Source: Minisyncoccota bacterium (GTDB lineage Bacteria > Patescibacteriota > Minisyncoccia > Phycocordibacterales > DATDWN01). Taken from it: a DNA stretch of 64,000 nucleotides. The number at the start of each line of letters is the position of its first letter. The stretch's first letter is position 1. The notes below the pieces were generated by a model, which was not told where the DNA came from, made no database searches, and saw nothing but the letters and a program-made list of their open reading frames with translations. This document shows, one piece after another, positions 54,074 through 64,000 of the stretch. The stretch lies in contig JBAZZC010000003.1 of assembly GCA_041658985.1 (NCBI GenBank), positions 10,540-74,539 on the forward strand. The letters run 5' to 3'. Made by a program: the position numbers and the translations under genes.

Positions 54074-55513
54074 ATGCAAAAGAATTTTTATATTACGACC
54101 ACTTTGCCATATGTAAATTCAGACCCACACATCGGGTTTGCTATGGAAATTATCCGTGCCGATATAATTGCAAGAGCGAAAAAATTACAGGGGTTTGAGG
54201 TGTTTTTTAACACCGGAACAGATGAACACGGCCAAAAAATTTTGAAAGGAGCGGAAAAGGAAAACGAAGAAATAAAAAAATATGTTGATAAATATGCGGA
54301 ACGCTTCAGAGGTCTTATTGATTTACTTCAAATTTCTAACGACATTCATTTTATTAGAACAACGGATTTAGGCCACCAAAAAGCGGCAACACATTTTTGG
54401 AAAATTTGTGATGAAAACGGATTTATCTATAAAAAAGCATACAAGATAAAATATTGTGTCGGTTGTGAGTTGGAAAAAACTGACTCTGAACTTGAAAATG
54501 GTAAATGTCCTCTCCATCCTAATTCAGAAATTGAATTAATTGATGAAGAAAATTATTTTTTTAAGTTTTCTGCCTTTCAGGAAAAATTACTCAATCTGTA
54601 TTCAAAAAGACTGGATTTTGTAGTTCCTGATTTTAGGCAGAACGAAATTAAAATGTTTGTAGAAAGAGGGCTTGAGGATTTTTCTATCTCTCGATTAAAA
54701 TCAAAAATGTCCTGGGGAATACCTGTACCCGGAGATGACGAGCATGTTATGTATGTTTGGTTTGATGCATTGGTGAACTATATATCAACTTTAGGTTGGC
54801 CAGAAAACAAAGAAAACTTTGAAAAATTTTGGATGAATGGCACACCTATCCAATATGCTGGAAAGGATAATTTACGTCAGCAGAGTGCCATGTGGCAGGC
54901 CATGCTTTTGGCTGCCGATCTTCCTCTGTCACACCAGATTGTTATAAATGGTTTTTTCACAGGTGAAGGTGGGGTAAAAATGAGCAAAAGTATAGGCAAT
55001 GTTGTTAACCCCTATGATATTGTGGAGAAATATGGAGCAGAGGCTCTCCGATATTATGTTTGTGGTGAAGTCTCTATGTTTGAAGACAGCCCGGTCTCGG
55101 AAGAATTAATTAAATCATCTTATAACGCCAAATTAGCAAATGGTTTGGGTAATTTAGTTTCAAGAATAATGAAAATGGCTCAAGATAATTTGGATGAGCC
55201 AGTTTCAATCCCTGAATTTGAGGATATGCGTGAGTATTTTGGTTTACTTAATAAATATGAAATCGGAAAAGCTGTCCAAATGATTTGGACGGAGATAGGA
55301 GCAATGGATTTATTTATTCAAGAAAACCAGCCATTCAAAATAATTAAAACCGACAAAACAAAAGGCCAAAAAATGATATCTGATTTAGTTGTTCGGCTTT
55401 ATTCTGTTGCTAGAAAGCTCAATCCTATTCTACCAGAAACATCAGATAAAATTAAAAAACTTATAAAAGAAAATAAAGCTCCGGAGGTACCACTTTTTTT
55501 AAGAAAAGAATAA
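54074..55513 (+). CDS. metG: Methionine--tRNA ligase (short form without the C-terminal tRNA-binding domain)
   Basis: HIGH-type motif PHIGFA and KMSKS. The EMAP-like domain is a separate gene at 20420-20776. Confidence 0.9.
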   Translation: MQKNFYITTTLPYVNSDPHIGFAMEIIRADIIARAKKLQGFEVFFNTGTDEHGQKILKGAEKENEEIKKYVDKYAERFRGLIDLLQISNDIHFIRTTDLGHQKAATHFWKICDENGFIYKKAYKIKYCVGCELEKTDSELENGKCPLHPNSEIELIDEENYFFKFSAFQEKLLNLYSKRLDFVVPDFRQNEIKMFVERGLEDFSISRLKSKMSWGIPVPGDDEHVMYVWFDALVNYISTLGWPENKENFEKFWMNGTPIQYAGKDNLRQQSAMWQAMLLAADLPLSHQIVINGFFTGEGGVKMSKSIGNVVNPYDIVEKYGAEALRYYVCGEVSMFEDSPVSEELIKSSYNAKLANGLGNLVSRIMKMAQDNLDEPVSIPEFEDMREYFGLLNKYEIGKAVQMIWTEIGAMDLFIQENQPFKIIKTDKTKGQKMISDLVVRLYSVARKLNPILPETSDKIKKLIKENKAPEVPLFLRKE

Positions 55514-55514
55514 T

Positions 55515-56348
55515 ATGTTCGAATATTTTGATATTCACTCACACTTGGACGTGTCAGATTTTGATTCTGATAGGGAAAACGAAATTAAAAAAATGAAGGA
55601 ACAAAAGATTGGCACTATCACAATTGGTGTCGATTTTTTATCAAGTCAAAAGGCCATAGAATTATCAGAAAAAAATGAAAATATTTTTGCCACCGTTGGT
55701 CAACATCCGGAAGACATAAACACAGATTCTGTTTTTGACGAGAGAATAAAGACTTTAGTTGCTAATGAAAGAGTGGTTGGCATAGGGGAGTGTGGTCTGG
55801 ATTATTTTTATCTTTCTACAAACACCGAATCACGTCTAAAAAATGAATATATAAAAGAAGTTCAGAAAAAAATCTTTGAAGAACAAATTAAATTATCTGT
55901 TGAATTTCAGAAACCGTTAATGCTCCACATTCGACCGAGTAGGGGTTCTCAAGATGCCTATGTAGATACTCTGAATATTTTAGAGCATTACTCAAAGACC
56001 TATGGAAAAAAATTAAAAGGTAATTCACATTTTTTTGTCGGGGAATTAGATACCCTCAGGCAATTTTTAGATATTGGTTTTACCGTCTCATTTACCGGCG
56101 TTGTCACATTTAGTCGTGATTATGATGAGTTGGTCAGGTATGTGCCAATAGATATGATAATGTCCGAAACAGATGCTCCTTTTGTCGCTCCGACCCCGTA
56201 TCGTGGCACAAGAAATTCTCCAGTATATATTACCGAGGTGGTTAAGAAAATTGCCGAGATAAGGGGAGAAAATTTAGACAAAATGAAGGAGGTTTTAATA
56301 AACAATACACTCAAATATTTTCCGGGTATTTCTGTGGTTGCGTCCTAA
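55515..56348 (+). CDS. tatD: TatD family metal-dependent hydrolase
   Basis: FDIHSHLD N-terminus and TIM-barrel His/Asp/Glu ligands. Confidence 0.85.
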   Translation: MFEYFDIHSHLDVSDFDSDRENEIKKMKEQKIGTITIGVDFLSSQKAIELSEKNENIFATVGQHPEDINTDSVFDERIKTLVANERVVGIGECGLDYFYLSTNTESRLKNEYIKEVQKKIFEEQIKLSVEFQKPLMLHIRPSRGSQDAYVDTLNILEHYSKTYGKKLKGNSHFFVGELDTLRQFLDIGFTVSFTGVVTFSRDYDELVRYVPIDMIMSETDAPFVAPTPYRGTRNSPVYITEVVKKIAEIRGENLDKMKEVLINNTLKYFPGISVVAS

Positions 56349-56406
56349 GTTCATTTATGATACTGTGACTCACATGGAAATAGATATAAAGAGACAAGGC
56401 GAAGCT

Positions 56407-56889
56407 ATGATAAGCGATAAATTGACCATATACGAGGTCTCTTATTTACTTCTTCCATCCCTTGCCGTAGAGCAAGTTCCTGCTAAAGTAACAGCTCTAA
56501 AAAAGCTATTAACTTCTGTAGGTGGCCAAGTGATATCTGATGAGAGCCCAATTCTCATTGACCTCGCTTATTCAATGACCAAAGTTGTTCAAACTGTTCG
56601 CCACAAATGTACAATGGGGTACTTTGGGTGGGTGAAATTTGAAGTAAACAAGGAGGGGATAGAAGCAATAAAGAAAGGATTAGATATGGATAATGAAATC
56701 CTTCGTTATCTTATTATTAAAACTGTGCGCGAAAATACTCTTCTAAATGGCAAAATGAAATTGAAATTTGAAGATATTAAGAGACAAGGTGTTAGCTACG
56801 ACAGCGAAACAGTTGAAATGCCTGTTGTAGAAAAGGAGGCCACACCAGAGGAGATTGATAAGAGCATAGATGATCTTGTTATTGCTTAA
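56407..56889 (+). CDS. rpsF: 30S ribosomal protein S6 (with a C-terminal acidic extension)
   Basis: LTIYEVSYLL ... MGYFGWVKFE. Sits upstream of ssb and rpsR. The start is uncertain (track start is 56338). Confidence 0.7.
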   Translation: MISDKLTIYEVSYLLLPSLAVEQVPAKVTALKKLLTSVGGQVISDESPILIDLAYSMTKVVQTVRHKCTMGYFGWVKFEVNKEGIEAIKKGLDMDNEILRYLIIKTVRENTLLNGKMKLKFEDIKRQGVSYDSETVEMPVVEKEATPEEIDKSIDDLVIA

Positions 56890-56905
56890 TAAATAATAAA
56901 CTGCC

Positions 56906-57349
56906 ATGTATTTAAACAAAGCAATTATAATAGGAAATTTAACCAGAGATCCAGAAGTGAAAGCTATTCCTTCGGGGGTTAAGGTGGCTAGTTTTGGGGT
57001 GGCTACAAATCGAGTTTGGAAGGACAAGAATGGTGTTAAGCAAGAAAATGTAGATTTTCATAATGTAGTAGTTTTTGGTCGCCAAGCGGAAATCTGTGGA
57101 CAATATTTGAAGAAAGGTGGTTCTGTTTTGGTAGAGGGAAGAATGCAGACACGAAGTTGGGATGATGCTGGGGGTGTTAAAAAATACCGCACAGAAATCA
57201 TCGCAGACCGAATACAGTTTGGTCCAAAGAGAGATGCCCCTAGTGGAGCATACAGTGCTCCAGCCCCAACAGAAGACGAACATAAAAAAGCATTAGATAC
57301 TATAGAGTATCCGGAGGAAGAGATTAACCCCGAAGACATTCCCTTCTAA
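56906..57349 (+). CDS. ssb: Single-stranded DNA-binding protein
   Basis: OB fold and a C-terminal acidic tail ending in DIPF. Confidence 0.9.
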   Translation: MYLNKAIIIGNLTRDPEVKAIPSGVKVASFGVATNRVWKDKNGVKQENVDFHNVVVFGRQAEICGQYLKKGGSVLVEGRMQTRSWDDAGGVKKYRTEIIADRIQFGPKRDAPSGAYSAPAPTEDEHKKALDTIEYPEEEINPEDIPF

Positions 57350-57369
57350 CTTTAAAAACTTTTAACTTC

Positions 57370-57585
57370 ATGAACTTTATGAACTCTAAGAAATGTTACT
57401 TTACTGAAAACAATATCAAATATATTGATTACAAAGATGTAGAGCTTTTAAAAAAGTTTCTTAATCCTCACGCTCGTATAATTTCTCGAAAGAGAACAGG
57501 AATCACCGCAAAACATCAACGCAATCTGGCAATGGCCATTAAGCGCTCTCGCTTTATGGGACTCTTGCCGTTTGTTTCTAGATAG
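57370..57585 (+). CDS. rpsR: 30S ribosomal protein S18
   Basis: [23 protein letters not shown] ... RITG motif. Confidence 0.9.
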   Translation: MNFMNSKKCYFTENNIKYIDYKDVELLKKFLNPHARIISRKRTGITAKHQRNLAMAIKRSRFMGLLPFVSR

Positions 57586-57740
57586 CTCTGGTCTTTTTGT
57601 CCGATTTCAGCGTTGGAATTTCAAAAATTCTCGTCACCGTACGTTTAGTACGGCTCCTCGCATTTTTTCATTCCGCCTTGAACTCGAACAAAAATCCTCA
57701 GAGTTTCATTTCTCGACCTATCAAAACTTGCGTGGTCGTA

Positions 57741-57795
57741 TCTTTTTTGGAAACACAAACCCAGACGCTGGTCTGGGTTTGTGTTTCCAAAAAAG
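57741..57795. terminator. Bidirectional rho-independent terminator between convergent rpsR and efp
   Basis: 18-bp stem GGAAACACAAACCCAGAC gctg GTCTGGGTTTGTGTTTCC, flanked by TTTTTT on one side and AAAAAA on the other. Confidence 0.8.
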
Positions 57796-57821
57796 ATACG
57801 ACGAGCTAAAGTTTTGAAAAA

Positions 57822-58403
57822 CTAAAAGTTGTTACCACCGACTCGTTCAGAATACTCGCCAGTATCACTGTTGATTCGTATAACATCTCCTTCTTTTATA
57901 AACATAGGCACTTGAAGTTCGGCTCCTGTTTCTACCTTTACTGATTTTGTTCCTCCTTGAGCAGTATTGCCTTTGACAGCGGGGTGAGCCTCGATAACTT
58001 TTAGTTCAACCTTGATTGGCATTTTTACACCGATGGTTTTGTCTTGGAAAGATAGGACCTGAACAATTGAATCTTTTTTTAGAAATTGGCTTTGTGTGCC
58101 AATGTGAGATTCATCAATTTCAAATCTGTCGGATGGGTCTTTCGGGTCACAGAACCAAAATTCACCACGATTACTATATAAATATTTTACGTCTTTTGTT
58201 TCAATTTCTGCCTCCTCCACTTTTTCAGACACATGAAAAGATTGCTCTGTTACTTTGCCAGTAATGAGGTTTCGGAGCTTTGTGGCATTAACAGGTTTTC
58301 TCTGTTGTTTGCGGAAAACATGAGAGGTGAGTACTTCCCAAGGCTCGCCGTTAAAAACAATGTATTTTCTTTCTTTTATTTCGTCGTATGTAAGCTGTGA
58401 CAT
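57822..58403 (-). CDS. efp: Elongation factor P
   Basis: Three OB/KOW-like domains; the conserved loop lysine context is present. Confidence 0.9.
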   Translation of the reverse strand: MSQLTYDEIKERKYIVFNGEPWEVLTSHVFRKQQRKPVNATKLRNLITGKVTEQSFHVSEKVEEAEIETKDVKYLYSNRGEFWFCDPKDPSDRFEIDESHIGTQSQFLKKDSIVQVLSFQDKTIGVKMPIKVELKVIEAHPAVKGNTAQGGTKSVKVETGAELQVPMFIKEGDVIRINSDTGEYSERVGGNNF

Positions 58404-58550
58404 TCATAGAATATAGCCTATTTAGGCCGAAAAATCAACTCATAATGAGTTTTACTTTACTATCGGGGTCTACTTGACATCATAAATATTTGGGTATCTA
58501 ATAGTGGTGGGAGGTTGGGCGCCGCCTGGCCAAATTGAAAGAGGTGGAAG

Positions 58551-58754
58551 ATGGAACAAGTGTTAGCGGTTCAGGATTACTCACCGGCAGGGGACGAGAA
58601 ATTGTTCCAGGCAAAGATCAACGAGGATCTGAAGCCCTTTCTCACTTCAGCAAGATGGCGCACTAAGTCAGTTTGTGTGACAACGACGATGATTTCGGTC
58701 TGTGGAACCACGTGGGCACTGCGATGTGCTATCTTCGTTCTTTCTGACGACTAG
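58551..58754 (+). CDS. GC-rich small hypothetical ORF (67 aa)
   Basis: A GAGGTGG Shine-Dalgarno lies 4 nt before the ATG. It sits in a ~58% GC island. No family recognised. Confidence 0.25.
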   Translation: MEQVLAVQDYSPAGDEKLFQAKINEDLKPFLTSARWRTKSVCVTTTMISVCGTTWALRCAIFVLSDD

Positions 58755-58881
58755 CTCTAGGTACAACCGGTCCAGCGAGTTCCCTGCAAGGCAGGAAAAT
58801 CCGCTATCGTGGCCGGTTTTTCTGTATCAATTTAGTTGACAAAAATACAATTATATTTATAGTTAAGTTAGGAGGATAGTT

Positions 58882-59048
58882 GTGGAGAATTCAACAAAGG
58901 CTCATCTTGCCGTCATGTATCTCAGTGGTGTTGCGACCATCGTCGCAGTCACTGTTCTGCCGATCAATATCGGCTCGTGGGTGGGAATTCTCACCTTGAT
59001 CGTGTTTGCTGTTATGGCTCTCAAAACAGCCTGGCGGGTCAAAGTATA
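58882..59048 (+). CDS. GC-rich small membrane peptide (55 aa, GTG start)
   Basis: AGGAGG Shine-Dalgarno. Two hydrophobic helices. An upstream TTGACA-17-TATAGT promoter and a downstream terminator. Confidence 0.35.
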
Positions 59049-59075
59049 GTGATGTGATGTAGTCGACCGCCGGAA

Positions 59076-59103
59076 GGAAAACCACCGGTGGTTTTCCTTT
59101 TAT
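59076..59103 (+). terminator. Rho-independent terminator
   Basis: GGAAAACCACC/GGTGGTTTTCC perfect stem followed by TTTTAT. Confidence 0.7.
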
Positions 59104-59158
59104 AAAAATAATAATATACGAAAATTATGCGAATGATACGAATGAATACGAATGGTCA

Positions 59159-59184
59159 ATTTACTACGATATATCGTAGTAAAT
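59159..59184. promoter_or_regulatory. 26-bp perfect palindrome ATTTACTACGATATATCGTAGTAAAT (same core as the palindromes flanking the HTH gene)
   Basis: Shares the 14-bp core TACGATATATCGTA with 26518-26539 and 26937-26958. Preceded by GAATGATAC-type tandem repeats at 59130-59156. Confidence 0.5.
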
Positions 59185-59369
59185 CATAAAAACCAGAACG
59201 AAGCACAATCTCGTTGAGTCATGTCTTGAGAAAGGCCTTTCGCAGGAGTTTAGAAAATAAAGGAAGTATTCTGACTATTATTTTCTTGAACGACGAGAAG
59301 TTCGCTAGCTCACCAGAGCTAGATAGATTGCCTTTTGAGAGATATGACGAGAAAGAGATTGTGCGAATG

Positions 59370-60446
59370 TTATTCTTCGCTTGAGCTTGATTCGGTTTCG
59401 TTTACTGCGACAACAGAGCCTCCATTTTTGGCAAGGCCCTCGCGGATTTCTTTGAGTATAGCGTCGGCGATTTTTTTATTTACTTTATCTTTCAAAAATT
59501 GTCGTGTGGAATCATACCCACGACCAAGTTTTGTTTCTCCGTAATTGTACGACGTCCCAGATTTTTGAATTATCTTCATTTTCTCGCCGAGAGCAATAAG
59601 CTCACCCTCTCGAGAAATTCCCTCGTTATACATGAGATCAAACTCTGTTTGCTTGAATGGAGCAGCAACTTTATTTTTTACAACCTTTACTCTTATGCGT
59701 CCACCCATAATTTCTTCGCCTTTTTTAATTTGAGCAATCCTACGAATATCAATACGAACTGATGTATAGAATTTGAGTGCCTTTCCTCCAGGAGTTGTTT
59801 CAGGATTACCAAACATAACACCAATTTGCATTCTGATTTGGTTAATGAATATAACCAGCGTTTTTGATTTAGCCACGATAGCCGTTAGCTTGCGGAGGGC
59901 TTGTGACATAAGCCTAGCCTGTTTACCCACATGAAAGGCTCCCATATCACCCTCAATCTCATCTTTTGGTGTCAGGGCTGCCACAGAGTCAATCACAATC
60001 ACATCTATCTTGCCGGAGCGCACAAGAGACTCTACGATTTCCAGGGCCTGCTCACCATTGTCTGGTTGAGAAATAAGAAGTTGGTCTATCTTTACACCAA
60101 GCCTCTGTGAATACTCTGGGTCCATAGCGTGCTCTGCGTCAATGAATGCGCAGATGCCACCTTTCTTTTGAGCCTCAGCAATAACATGTAGAGACAAGGT
60201 GGTTTTACCAGATGACTCTGGTCCAAAGATTTCCACAATTCTTCCACGAGGAAGACCACCAACACCAAGAGCGGCATCCAGTCCAATTGAGCCAGTTGAA
60301 ATTGCGTTTACATCTACATGAGGTTTATCACCGAGCATCATTATAGAATCATCACCAAATTTCGTTCGGATTTCCCGAAGTGTGTTTTCTACATTTACTT
60401 TTCCAATTTCTCCCTTCTCTTCCTTCTTTTCTTTTTTCTTCATCAT
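59370..60446 (-). CDS. recA: Recombinase RecA
   Basis: Walker A motif [10 protein letters not shown]1/L2 loops, and the FIDAEHA motif. Confidence 0.95.
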   Translation of the reverse strand: MMKKKEKKEEKGEIGKVNVENTLREIRTKFGDDSIMMLGDKPHVDVNAISTGSIGLDAALGVGGLPRGRIVEIFGPESSGKTTLSLHVIAEAQKKGGICAFIDAEHAMDPEYSQRLGVKIDQLLISQPDNGEQALEIVESLVRSGKIDVIVIDSVAALTPKDEIEGDMGAFHVGKQARLMSQALRKLTAIVAKSKTLVIFINQIRMQIGVMFGNPETTPGGKALKFYTSVRIDIRRIAQIKKGEEIMGGRIRVKVVKNKVAAPFKQTEFDLMYNEGISREGELIALGEKMKIIQKSGTSYNYGETKLGRGYDSTRQFLKDKVNKKIADAILKEIREGLAKNGGSVVAVNETESSSSEE

Positions 60447-60461
60447 AAAAAATATTAGTTA

Positions 60462-60580
60462 AGAAACTTTGTTGAGTTGTGTTTCGAAGAGAGACTAGTG
60501 AGCGCGACGGCGCGAACTCAAGCAAAATTTTAGTAAAAATTTATGCGTGTCTCTCAGAGAAATACAACGAGAAAAAAGTT
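60462..60580 (-). promoter_or_regulatory. Conserved promoter/operator module, copy 2 (recA promoter: TTGTAT-17-ATAAAT with a TCTCTGAGAGA palindrome)
   Basis: -10 at 60539-60544 and -35 at 60562-60567 on the minus strand. About 85% identical to 4862-4992. Inner hairpin GCGC-cgtc-GCGC versus GGCT-cgac-AGCC in copy 1, a compensatory change. Confidence 0.55.
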
Positions 60581-60591
60581 TCTGGTCGCTA

Positions 60592-60945
60592 TTAATACTC
60601 CTTCAGCACTAATTCTAATGTCTTCTCCGTATATTTTTTAAACTTATCTACGGCATCTAGCTTAATTATATTATACCCAGGGGACAGGAGCAATTTCTCC
60701 TTGAAGTATCCATCTTTGTCTGTAAATATAGGTCGACCATTCAGATTGAGATAGGCGACATTATAAGCTCTTCCGTCGATCTCAATAAGGGTTTGATTGT
60801 ATGTGGCTCCGTTCTGGGGGGTATAGACATCGATGACGGGACCTGTTAGGAGTTTTTGAGCTTGAAAGAGGGAATATCCGACTATTACCAAAACTAATAT
60901 GGAAATGAGGGAAATTCTGAGAACAGATATTGCACTTCTATTCAT
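60592..60945 (-). CDS. Hypothetical membrane-anchored protein
   Basis: N-terminal transmembrane helix followed by a ~90 aa beta-rich domain. Confidence 0.4.
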   Translation of the reverse strand: MNRSAISVLRISLISILVLVIVGYSLFQAQKLLTGPVIDVYTPQNGATYNQTLIEIDGRAYNVAYLNLNGRPIFTDKDGYFKEKLLLSPGYNIIKLDAVDKFKKYTEKTLELVLKEY

Positions 60946-60947
60946 GT

Positions 60948-63167
60948 TTATTCGCTTGGATTATTGGGCGGTATCTCATTGTCTGTATTCAGTGGTTCCA
61001 GAATTTCCCTTGGTTTTGCCCCAGAGCCCGGTCCTATAACCCCACGTTCCTCAAGCATATCAATGAGACGGGCAGCACGGGCATAACCAACGCCAAGTTT
61101 ACGTTGAAGGTAAGAGGTTGAGGCCTTACCGGCCTCTAAGACAGTTTGTCTTGCGTCTTCATACAAGTCATCATCTGCTTCCATTTTTTCGTCATCAATT
61201 GTTGCTTCAAATATGTTGTTTTTTTGGTCTGTTCCAGTGATATTTATTTCACTTGGAATTTCATTTTCATAGCTATCTACCAAATATTTAACCACTGACT
61301 TTGTTTCGGTTTCTGATATGTAAGCCGACTGAATCCTTTGTGGTTGTGACATTTCTCCCGAAAGGTAAAGCATATCTCCAGCACCAAGAAGTTTTTCTGC
61401 TCCGCCCATGTCTAATATAGTTCGTGAATCAATCTGTGATGCCACTTGCAGTGCGATACGTGAAGGAATGTTGGCTTTAATGAGCCCGGTGATGACATTT
61501 ACAGATGGCCTCTGGGTTGAAAGAATCAAATGAATTCCGACAGCACGACTCATTTGGGCTAGGCGAACGATAGCAGCTTCCAGTTCACGTGGATATGCCG
61601 ACATAATATCGGCCAATTCATCAATAACTATGATGATATATGGCATAGTCTCAACAACCTTATCCTCTGGGTTAATTTTCTTATTTTTGATTCTCTTTAG
61701 CTCTGGCTCAACAATATTTTTATGGTATGAAGCGATGTTTTGAAGACTCTCGGCTTGCAGAATATCATATCTTCTATCCATCTCTTTTGCCGCCCATTTC
61801 AAGGCTAAAATCGTCTTTTTTGCGTCCGTGATAACCGGGGTTAGGAGATGTGGAATCTTGTTATAAAGAGTTAGTTCTACTCGTTTTGGGTCAATCATAA
61901 TAAATTTAACGTTGTTTGGTGAGTTTCTGTAAAGAAGCGAAGTTATGATTGTGTGAATAGTGACTGACTTTCCAGAACCCGTAGCTCCAGCAATAAGAAG
62001 GTGTGGGGCCTTAGATAGATTAGCAAAATATGACATCCCCGATATTCCTCTTCCGAGAGAAATCAAAAGGGGTTTGTCAGAGTTTTGGAATTCATTTGAA
62101 GCGAGTAGTGTTCCAAGACCAACAGTTGTTTTTGTGTTGTTTGGTATCTCTATACCAACAAGAGATTTACCAGGGATGGGTGCTTCTATACGAATTGGAT
62201 GTGCCGCTAGAGCCAGAGACAAATCATTTTGTAAACCGACTATACGAGAAAGTTTTATACCCTCGGCTGGTTTCAAAGCGTATCTAGTAATAGATGGTCC
62301 GATGGAAATTTCATCCATCTCAACATTTATACCAAAATTAGCTAAAGTTCTTTTTATAATATTAGAATTTGCTTTTATATCACCAACACCAGGTTTACCA
62401 CGGTCTCCTTCAAGCAGTGACAGTGGTGGTGGTATGAATTCTTTACCATTAAGTAATAAAGGACTAATACCAAATTCATCTTTTATCTCGGTTGATTTTT
62501 TAAAAAGAGATTGGGTTTCTTCCAATTTAGTCATTTCTTTTTGGTCTGCTACGTTTAGAAGTTCTCCATTAGAAATGATTACTTCAGGTCCAGCATCTTC
62601 GGTTCCTGGAAGAATTTCTTTCTTTTGAAACAGGGATTTAATAAAGGTAAATTTTATTGGAGCATCAAAAATAGTCAAAAGAGAAATAATCACAAGAGCC
62701 ACCAAAATTATTACACTGACAAACACATCAAACATATTGAGAAGCGGTTTAGAAATAAATCCACCGATGACTCCACCACTTTCTGTTCCACCAACATTTT
62801 GAGAGAGGATATTTATTAGTGCTAATGAAGATATAAAAAACAATGTTCCACCGACAGTATGTGTTAAAGCAAGTTTTTTTTGAAGTGAACGAAAGAAGGA
62901 GACGCAAAGAATAAAAAATAATATAGGTAACAAGTAGTAACCAACCCCAAAAAGGTAATGAAATATTTTATAAGCACCGACCCCAACTTTCCCCCCCTTA
63001 TCTATTGGACCAGAAGAGAGAATCAAAAAAATCCCAAAAACAAAAAACACTACAGCAATGATTGTATTTAAGGTCTCTTTTTGCAAGTGGTTGGAATTTG
63101 TTTTATCTTCAAACTCTTTTTTCTTTTCTTTTCTTTTTTCTTTTTTATTTCTACCAAACATATACAC
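60948..63167 (-). CDS. ftsK: DNA translocase FtsK
   Basis: N-terminal transmembrane helices, Walker A motif GATGSGKSV, Walker B motif IIVIDELADIM, and a C-terminal gamma domain. Confidence 0.9.
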   Translation of the reverse strand: MYMFGRNKKEKRKEKKKEFEDKTNSNHLQKETLNTIIAVVFFVFGIFLILSSGPIDKGGKVGVGAYKIFHYLFGVGYYLLPILFFILCVSFFRSLQKKLALTHTVGGTLFFISSLALINILSQNVGGTESGGVIGGFISKPLLNMFDVFVSVIILVALVIISLLTIFDAPIKFTFIKSLFQKKEILPGTEDAGPEVIISNGELLNVADQKEMTKLEETQSLFKKSTEIKDEFGISPLLLNGKEFIPPPLSLLEGDRGKPGVGDIKANSNIIKRTLANFGINVEMDEISIGPSITRYALKPAEGIKLSRIVGLQNDLSLALAAHPIRIEAPIPGKSLVGIEIPNNTKTTVGLGTLLASNEFQNSDKPLLISLGRGISGMSYFANLSKAPHLLIAGATGSGKSVTIHTIITSLLYRNSPNNVKFIMIDPKRVELTLYNKIPHLLTPVITDAKKTILALKWAAKEMDRRYDILQAESLQNIASYHKNIVEPELKRIKNKKINPEDKVVETMPYIIIVIDELADIMSAYPRELEAAIVRLAQMSRAVGIHLILSTQRPSVNVITGLIKANIPSRIALQVASQIDSRTILDMGGAEKLLGAGDMLYLSGEMSQPQRIQSAYISETETKSVVKYLVDSYENEIPSEINITGTDQKNNIFEATIDDEKMEADDDLYEDARQTVLEAGKASTSYLQRKLGVGYARAARLIDMLEERGVIGPGSGAKPREILEPLNTDNEIPPNNPSE

Positions 63168-63378
63168 CTATTTTAACAGAGTACCATTCAAATCCAAAGT
63201 TTTTTGTTACAAATTTTTACAACAACAAAAAGACAATCTGTCTATTGTCAGTTTGTCTTTTAGTGTTATATAATGGACACACTTGACGGTATTAAAGACT
63301 GGTGGTATTATAAAGGACATGATAAGGACAAAACAGTAAAAGACATTGAATATAAAAGACATATCAATTACAAATAAA

Positions 63379-64000
63379 ATGGAATCCAACAAAGAACTTT
63401 CAACAGAAACATCACAGGAAAATGTCGACCCAATATCATTTTTTAATAAAAACAATGATTTTGTTTTAGCGTATAAAAAGACAGAAAAACTAGCTTCAGC
63501 CGTCTATATGATTACAAATTTGTTTTCGGACAATGAACCAATGAAATGGACTTTAAGAAAAAAAGCTGGAGAACTATTGTCTTTTATTCTTACTTATAAA
63601 GATACTCCGGAAGGTAGTTATGGTGATTTTATTTATAATACAAAAACTTTTACCACTGAGCTCATTTCATTTCTTGAGATTTCTTTACGTGGTGGACTTG
63701 TTTCTCAGATGAATTTTTCTATTTTAAAACAAGAGTTTTTAAATCTTTTAAGTATATTTAACAATGCCAATCCTACTTCAAAATATTCATCAAAAGAGAT
63801 GATATCAAAGGATTTTTTTAATGTTTTAGAAAACTATTCTAATATAGTAAAATCAGAAGGTGAAGATGATAAAATCTATAAAACACCCGAATCTATACCA
63901 TTAGCACACAAAATGTCCTTTAGCAGGATAAAGGACATAAATTTAGATACTAATAGAGATAACTTTAAAAAAACGAATCGCCAAAATATAATTCTTGATT
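63379..64000 (+). CDS. Hypothetical protein (partial; runs off the window end)
   Basis: Open frame from the ATG at 63379 with no stop before 64000. Preceded by TGTTATATAAT and TTGACG-17-TATTAT promoters. Confidence 0.4.
   Translation, partial: MESNKELSTETSQENVDPISFFNKNNDFVLAYKKTEKLASAVYMITNLFSDNEPMKWTLRKKAGELLSFILTYKDTPEGSYGDFIYNTKTFTTELISFLEISLRGGLVSQMNFSILKQEFLNLLSIFNNANPTSKYSSKEMISKDFFNVLENYSNIVKSEGEDDKIYKTPESIPLAHKMSFSRIKDINLDTNRDNFKKTNRQNIILD

Overview
This is an AT-rich (about 33-35% GC), gene-dense bacterial chromosomal segment that looks like a reduced genome of CPR/Patescibacteria type. Supporting features are very short intergenic spacers, native genes without Shine-Dalgarno sequences, and four-helix-bundle, SIMPL, lamin-tail-like and type IV pilus genes. 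The identifiable genes are mainly:
- DNA repair and recombination: ruvC, ruvB, ruvA, ruvX, recO, recA, ssb, mutM, polA, ftsK.
- Translation: argS, ileS, glyQS, metG, rpsT, rplS, rpsF, rpsR, rplK, efp, and seven tRNAs.
- A secE-nusG-rplK block, a pilB plus pilMNO pilus cluster, a dcd-folA-thyA-dCMP deaminase-tmk-glyA thymidylate block, and a CsoR/CopA copper operon.

Features that standard annotation would not explain:
1. At least eight copies of a ~135-bp inverted-repeat element (termini ATCCGCACACTAAnTTTGGCAT / ATGCCAAAnTTAGTGTGCGGAT) sit in intergenic spacers, many within 3-25 nt of start codons. Arm sequences covary within each copy and the inner modules are permuted between arms.
2. A 52-bp GC-rich segment is inserted in-frame in both ruvA and an rlmI-like gene, much like Rickettsia palindromic elements.
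3. IleS carries an internal histidine-phosphatase (PGAM-like) domain and is preceded by a T-box leader with an AUC specifier.
4. A ~120-bp promoter/operator module is shared by recA and a GC-rich lipoprotein gene.
5. Several GC-rich islands (55-62% GC) carry strong Shine-Dalgarno sites that native genes lack. One lies at a tRNA-Lys with duplicated 3'-end scars.
6. The four-helix-bundle gene is bracketed by AT-rich inverted repeats, with cargo-less copies of the same repeats elsewhere.
7. Perfect palindromes bracket a TrpR/YerC-like gene, and a textbook CsoR operator sits inside the copper-operon promoter.

All calls rest on reading the sequence and ORF translations by eye. No database searches were run.
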